A stretch of 32,305 bases of DNA from Chloroflexota bacterium (GTDB lineage Bacteria; Chloroflexota; Dehalococcoidia; Dehalococcoidales; JAUWPF01): contig JAUWPF010000002.1 in NCBI GenBank assembly GCA_030611745.1, positions 1 to 32,305 of the forward strand, given 5' to 3'. The position numbers were made by a program, and so were the translations under genes. Of the stretch, positions 28,134-32,305 are shown piece by piece. Numbering within the stretch: position 1 is the first letter of the stretch; each line of letters begins with the position of its first letter. The notes beneath the pieces were generated by a model that saw only the letters and a list, made by a program, of their open reading frames with translations, did no database searches and was not told the DNA's origin.

Positions 28134-29516
28134 GTGAACGGCGAAAAATTGCCGCCACACAACGCTGAAGCCGAGGAAAACGTAATCGGCTCACTCCTGA
28201 TAGATGGCACCACCATCTACGGGACCGCTACCATCATCCAGCCAGAGGACTTTTATTACGAGCAGAACCGCTGGATATATAAAGCCTGCCTCGAACTCTA
28301 CCAGCGCAACGAAGCTATAGACCAGATTACAGTAGCCCAAGAGCTGGCCTCACGGGGAAAACTGGAGGCGTGCGGCGGCGCCGCCTACTTAAGCCACCTG
28401 ATATCCATCGTCCCTACATCACTTCACATCGAGCACTATGCCCAGATTGTTTATCGCCTCTCGGTGATGCGTAATCTCATCACCGCCGCTCACCAGATCG
28501 AGAGCATCGGCTACGAGGGGGAAGCTGACGTTGATGACAGCCTGAATAAAGCCGAGAATGCCCTTTTCAGGCTGCGCCACGGGCAGGGGCCGAGAGACCT
28601 CATCCATATCCGCCAGGTGCTGGACAGGTACTTTGAGACCACTGCCGATATGGAAGAGAAGGGCTCCGCCGGGGAAGCAATCCCTCAAGTGCTATCCGGC
28701 TTTGCCGGTCTGGATGAGTTCCTCGGCGGGCTTCAGCGTTCCGACCTGATTATCATCGCCGGCAGACCCAGCATGGGCAAAACAAGCCTTGCTCTCAGCA
28801 TCGCCAGAAACGCGGCGGTAAAACAAGAGGCCTGCGTGGCCCTGTTCAGTCTGGAAATGGCACGGGAACCGCTGGTGCTGCGCCTGCTGGCCAGCGAAGC
28901 CGGGGTTGACTCTCGACGGGTCAGGCTTGGCTTCCACACCGAAGCCGAGGAAATGAGAATCATGGATGCCACCGGTGCCCTCTCCGAAGCGCCAATCTAC
29001 ATTGACGACTCAGCCCTCCTCCGGATAGTAGAGATGAGAAGCAAAGCCCGCCGCCTCCACTTTGAGCGCGGCATCGACCTCATCATTGTCGACTACCTGC
29101 AACTGATGCAGGGAGACAGCCGGGGGGAAAACAGGGTCCAGGAAATCAGTTACATCTCCCGTTCACTGAAAGCACTGGCCCGTGAGCTTAATGTACCCGT
29201 GATAGCCGTCTCACAGCTCAGCCGGGCTGTAGAGTGGCGAGCATCACACAGGCCCCAGCTATCCGACCTGAGAGAAAGCGGCAGCATCGAACAGGATGCC
29301 GACGTTGTTACGTTCATCTACCGGGACGATTACTATCACACCAGAGAGGAATGGGAACGGGAATACCCCGATAAAGACTACCCGGAAGGCATTGCTGATA
29401 TTATCATCGCCAAACACCGCAATGGTCCTACCGGAGAAATTAAGCTCCATTTCATACCTCAAAAAGCCAAGTTCGAAGGTATTACTACTACCAGTGAAGA
29501 GCCAAGCCTATTATGA
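28134..29516 (+). CDS. dnaB: Replicative DNA helicase DnaB (GTG start 2 nt after the rplI stop)
   Basis: It shows PPHNAEAEENVIGSLLIDG, Walker A AGRPSMGKTSLAL, Walker B IIVDYLQLM and SQLSRAVE..RPQLSDLRESGSIEQDAD. I see no intein. Confidence 0.96.
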   Translation: MNGEKLPPHNAEAEENVIGSLLIDGTTIYGTATIIQPEDFYYEQNRWIYKACLELYQRNEAIDQITVAQELASRGKLEACGGAAYLSHLISIVPTSLHIEHYAQIVYRLSVMRNLITAAHQIESIGYEGEADVDDSLNKAENALFRLRHGQGPRDLIHIRQVLDRYFETTADMEEKGSAGEAIPQVLSGFAGLDEFLGGLQRSDLIIIAGRPSMGKTSLALSIARNAAVKQEACVALFSLEMAREPLVLRLLASEAGVDSRRVRLGFHTEAEEMRIMDATGALSEAPIYIDDSALLRIVEMRSKARRLHFERGIDLIIVDYLQLMQGDSRGENRVQEISYISRSLKALARELNVPVIAVSQLSRAVEWRASHRPQLSDLRESGSIEQDADVVTFIYRDDYYHTREEWEREYPDKDYPEGIADIIIAKHRNGPTGEIKLHFIPQKAKFEGITTTSEEPSLL

Positions 29517-30220
29517 AACAGTTTAGTGGTTTCCCGCCCCGGATGCAGTTCACCCCCCTGCCCAACCTTTTCTTCAGCCATCTGCTACCGCAAATTAGCG
29601 ATATCGTCGAGTTAAAGATAACCCTCCACATCTTCTGGACACTTTACCCCAAAAAGGGATATCCCCGCTTTACCACTTACCGCGAGCTTCTGGACAGTAA
29701 GAGCCTGCTAACCAGCCTCGGAGAGGGAAAGCCCGAGGAGGTACTCCGCAATGGCCTGAAAATGGCAACCAAACGGGGAACTATCCTTCACCTCGCCCTG
29801 GACAGAGATGGAGTGGTAGAGGACATCTATTTTCTCAATAACGATTACAACCGGCAGACGGTAAGTAAAATCCAGAATGGGGAACTCTCCTTAAGCGGGT
29901 TTAAAACTGAAGGGCCGGCCCGTATTGAAACTGCACTCCCTGATATCTTCACCCTCTATGAACAGAACATCGGCATGCTAACGCCGATGATTGGCGACGA
30001 ACTACGTGACGCAGAGAGACTTTACCCTGAGACCTGGATTAAAGATGCCATCAAGGAAGCGGTTATGGCCAACAAACGAAACTGGAGGTATATCGCCAGG
30101 ATTTTAGAGCGCTGGTCAACAGAAGGTAAAACCAATGGAACATATCGGCGAGATTCTGCGCAGAAGACGAGCCCAGATAAATACATCGCGGGCAAATATG
30201 GACACATGGTCAGACGCTGA
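29513..30220 (+). CDS. DnaD-domain (DnaB_2/DDBH2-type) replication/primosome protein, 235 aa
   Basis: The C-terminal block IFTLYEQNIGMLTPMIGDELRDAERLYPETWIKDAIKEAVMANKRNWRYIARILERWSTEGKT fits the DnaD C-terminal domain pattern (FExxxG.LtP...e.l..w......e.i.eAl.eav..nkr...Yi..IL..W...G..T). The start overlaps the dnaB stop as ATGA. Confidence 0.75.
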   Translation: MKQFSGFPPRMQFTPLPNLFFSHLLPQISDIVELKITLHIFWTLYPKKGYPRFTTYRELLDSKSLLTSLGEGKPEEVLRNGLKMATKRGTILHLALDRDGVVEDIYFLNNDYNRQTVSKIQNGELSLSGFKTEGPARIETALPDIFTLYEQNIGMLTPMIGDELRDAERLYPETWIKDAIKEAVMANKRNWRYIARILERWSTEGKTNGTYRRDSAQKTSPDKYIAGKYGHMVRR

Positions 30221-31535
30221 GGATGAAGCCCAGCAGGGTGAAACCTGCCCTATCTGCAAGGGGACTGGCTTTGTCCACCCCCTCCTGCCGTCAGGAAAAC
30301 CGGACTTCAGCAGGGTTGTTGCCTGCCGCTGCATCAGGAAAGAATCGGATAGGGGGCACCAGGCCCGCCTGGAGCAATACAGCAACCTCGGCTCACTAAC
30401 CCGCCTCACCTTTGCCAACCTGTTCCCCCAGGGCAGAAGCGGGAATCCAGACAACCAGAAGCGCTTCGAGGAGGTTTATGAAGCCGCAAAGGCCTTCGCC
30501 GCCGAGCCCAGGGGATGGCTGGTGCTGAGTGGCCCCAGTGGCTGCGGCAAGACACATCTGGCAGCCGCTATTGCCAACGAGCGTCTCAAGCACGGCCACC
30601 CCACCCTCTTTATTACTGTCCCCGACCTCCTGGACCACCTGCGCTCCGCCTTCAGTCCTGACAGTGAAATGCCCTACGACGAGTCCCTCGACCAGGTGCG
30701 TAACGCCCCCCTCCTGATACTGGACGACCTGGGCGTTCAGACCGGCACACCGTGGGCCAAGGAAAAATTAGACCAGCTACTGAACTACCGCTCCAATAAC
30801 GAACTGCCCACGGTAATTGTTACGATTGCTCCCATTTCCGAACTGGAGGAAAGAATACGCACCCGCCTCTCTAACCCCGGGCTATCCCACACATATGTGG
30901 TCGAGGAAAAACAACCATCGGTGGAGTACACCGGTGGTCTCAGCCTGGAGCTACTGAAAAGTATGACCTTCGATAACTTCGACTGGAAAAGGGTAAACCT
31001 GCTGCCCGAGCAGCGTCAGAATCTGGAGCAGGCCTACCGCCTGGCACTTGAGTTTGCCAAATCACCCGATGGCTGGCTGGTGCTCCAGGGAGTTAATGGC
31101 TGTGGTAAAACCCACCTGGCGTCGGCTATTGCCAATTACCAGCTTCAAGCAGGCAAGCCAGCCTTCTTCGTGGTTGTTCCCGATTTCCTTGACCATCTGC
31201 GCTCTACCTTCAGCCCCGATAGCAAGGTGTCCTATGACCAGCTCTTTGAAAGCGTAAAGACCGCCCCGCTACTTGTCCTGGATGATTTTGGGGAACAGGC
31301 AACCACACCCTGGGCGCAGGAAAAGCTTTACCAGGTCATCAACTATCGCTACAACGCCCGCCTGGCAACGGTAGTCACCACCTGCTGCTCGCTGGATGAG
31401 ATTGAGAGCCGTATTAGCTCCCGTCTGGTGGACCCCCGCCTCAGCCTGGCATTCAACATCACTGCCCCTGATTACCGAAGTGACCTGCGGTCTAACCGGA
31501 GAAACCGCCGGGGTAGCAAGAGGCGTCAGGACTAA
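30135..31535 (+). CDS. DnaC/DnaI-like helicase-loader AAA+ protein with two tandem ATPase modules and an N-terminal CxxCxGxG...CxC motif (466 aa). An alternative start is ATG 30198.
   Basis: There are two copies of the module TFxNF..(~35 aa)..GWLVLxGxxGCGKTHLAxAIAN...PDxLDHLRSxFSPDS...APLLxLDDxG..TPWAxEKLxQxxNYR...TVxxT...E.RIxxRL. Walker A motifs lie at nt 30531..30554 and 31089..31112. The gene overlaps the DnaD-like gene by 86 nt (or 23 nt with the alternative start). Confidence 0.85.
   Translation: MEHIGEILRRRRAQINTSRANMDTWSDAEDEAQQGETCPICKGTGFVHPLLPSGKPDFSRVVACRCIRKESDRGHQARLEQYSNLGSLTRLTFANLFPQGRSGNPDNQKRFEEVYEAAKAFAAEPRGWLVLSGPSGCGKTHLAAAIANERLKHGHPTLFITVPDLLDHLRSAFSPDSEMPYDESLDQVRNAPLLILDDLGVQTGTPWAKEKLDQLLNYRSNNELPTVIVTIAPISELEERIRTRLSNPGLSHTYVVEEKQPSVEYTGGLSLELLKSMTFDNFDWKRVNLLPEQRQNLEQAYRLALEFAKSPDGWLVLQGVNGCGKTHLASAIANYQLQAGKPAFFVVVPDFLDHLRSTFSPDSKVSYDQLFESVKTAPLLVLDDFGEQATTPWAQEKLYQVINYRYNARLATVVTTCCSLDEIESRISSRLVDPRLSLAFNITAPDYRSDLRSNRRNRRGSKRRQD
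30405..31457 (+). repeat. Intragenic tandem duplication of the whole AAA+ loader module (unit 1 at 30405..30899, unit 2 at 30963..31457, offset 558 nt)
   Basis: Residues 91-255 and 277-441 align without gaps. Similarity is also visible at the nucleotide level, for example ctggaccacctgcgctccgccttcagtcctgacagtga versus cttgaccatctgcgctctaccttcagccccgatagcaa. Confidence 0.85.
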
Positions 31536-31614
31536 ACCTCAGCTACTTTTGAAACACTACCCGGGCCTTTATTCCTGCCTTTTAAAATACCGCCGGACAA
31601 GCTTCAAACCTGAA

Positions 31615-31644
31615 CTTGCATAGTCACGAGCTTTTTCAGTAAAA
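31615..31644 (+). promoter_or_regulatory. Possible promoter for the HNH gene (TTGCAT-18 nt-TAAAAT)
   Basis: TTGCAT lies at 31615..31620 and TAAAAT at 31639..31644, about 30 nt upstream of the ATG at 31675, which has a GGGAGA SD. Confidence 0.4.
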
Positions 31645-31674
31645 TAGGTGAGCTTGCGCACAGGGAGACAATAG

Positions 31675-32184
31675 ATGGTAAACCGTTCCGTTCTTGTCCT
31701 GAACCAGAGCTACGAGCCACTCGATGTATGTCGGGTCCGGCGGGCAGTAGTACTCCTGTACCAGGGTAAGGCGGAAATGCTGGAGAATGGCCGGGGATTT
31801 ATCCACTCCGCCAATTACAGCTTCCCCCTGCCATCAGTAATCAAACTGGCTTACTTTATCAAGCGCCCCCGGCTGCAGAAGAAATTAACCCGCTTTGAAA
31901 TCTTCAGGCGTGACCGCTACACCTGCCAGTACTGCGGCACGGAAACCAGGCAGCTTACCCTTGACCACGTCATCCCGAGATATCGGGGCGGTCAACATAG
32001 CTGGGAGAATGTGGTCAGTGCCTGTGTAGCCTGCAACCGGCGGAAGGCAGGGAGAACCCCCTTAGAAGCCGGGATGAGACTACTCAACCACCCATCCCTA
32101 CCAAAGGGTAATGTCCCGTTCTATATTCCCTATTCTTACTCCCAGACCCGCAACGAGTGGCAAAAATACCTGCCTGCCGCCTAG
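31675..32184 (+). CDS. HNH endonuclease (stand-alone, 169 aa, McrA/COG1403-like)
   Basis: CQYCG..(x10)..LTLDHVIPRYRGGQHSWENVVSACVACNRRKAGRTPLEAGM is a complete HNH/zinc-finger core (CxxC...H..N...CxxC). It is preceded by a conserved-looking N-terminal VLVLNQSYEPL..RRAV.LLYQGKAE domain. Confidence 0.88.
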   Translation: MVNRSVLVLNQSYEPLDVCRVRRAVVLLYQGKAEMLENGRGFIHSANYSFPLPSVIKLAYFIKRPRLQKKLTRFEIFRRDRYTCQYCGTETRQLTLDHVIPRYRGGQHSWENVVSACVACNRRKAGRTPLEAGMRLLNHPSLPKGNVPFYIPYSYSQTRNEWQKYLPAA

Positions 32185-32305
32185 CCAAACAAGGCACGGC
32201 CAGAGCAGGCCACAGTCGAGACCCCGCTGATGGCAGCCAAAAAACCTTAAGCCCTCTTCCCCCGCCGGCGTGACTGTTCATCCTTTACCACGGTAACCTC
32301 ACTGA

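Noticed and set aside
29513-32184. The dnaD-like / dnaC-like / HNH genes as an integrated prophage remnant or mobile element.
   Set aside because: There is no integrase, recombinase, terminal repeat or tRNA target in the window. The first gene overlaps the chromosomal dnaB stop codon (ATGA). A phage origin remains possible, but there is no discrete element here.
32247-32305. Possible 3' end of a minus-strand gene at the window edge (..SEVTVVKDEQSRRRGKRA*), and the track ORF 32084..32281 (-).
   Set aside because: Only 19 codons are visible, so no family can be assigned. The 65-aa track ORF overlaps the HNH gene and looks like a shadow ORF.

Overview
This window is mostly core housekeeping genome from a moderately GC-rich bacterium. 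I found about 33 protein genes that are tightly packed and often translationally coupled (ATGA-type overlaps). I saw no rRNA, tRNA, CRISPR array, transposase, integrase or recognisable defence island. Gene content (DUF5679 mini zinc-ribbon, DUF503, MrfA-type helicase, actinobacterial-type inositol-lipid genes) suggests a Chloroflexota/Dehalococcoidia-like or similar lineage, but that is only an inference.

Gene order:
- Minus strand: ruvX (partial), alaS, galU, ROK kinase, lgt, ftsY, DUF1998 (MrfA-like) helicase, DUF503.
- Plus strand: rpsO, pnp, dapB, asd, dapA.
- Minus strand: purA, a small membrane ORF, PIP-synthase-like CDP-alcohol phosphatidyltransferase, PimA-like GT4, ino1, an untracked 46-aa DUF5679 ORF, truB, rbfA, infB, ylxR, nusA.
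- Plus strand: M20 amidohydrolase, trxA, trxB, rplI, dnaB, a DnaD-domain protein, a DnaC/DnaI-like loader, an HNH endonuclease.

The most unusual item is the loader-like gene at 30135..31535. It encodes two complete tandem DnaC/DnaI-type AAA+ modules behind a CxxCxGxG zinc motif, and it is coupled to dnaB and a DnaD-like gene in one rplI-headed operon.

Secondary points:
- an ino1/PimA-like/PIP-synthase cluster;
- a terminator hairpin inside the nusA leader, with rimP absent from this locus;
- ruvX lacking any canonical start codon;
- a split and inverted nusA-infB-truB / rpsO-pnp supercluster.

I found no clearly novel multi-gene system beyond the replication-loader operon.
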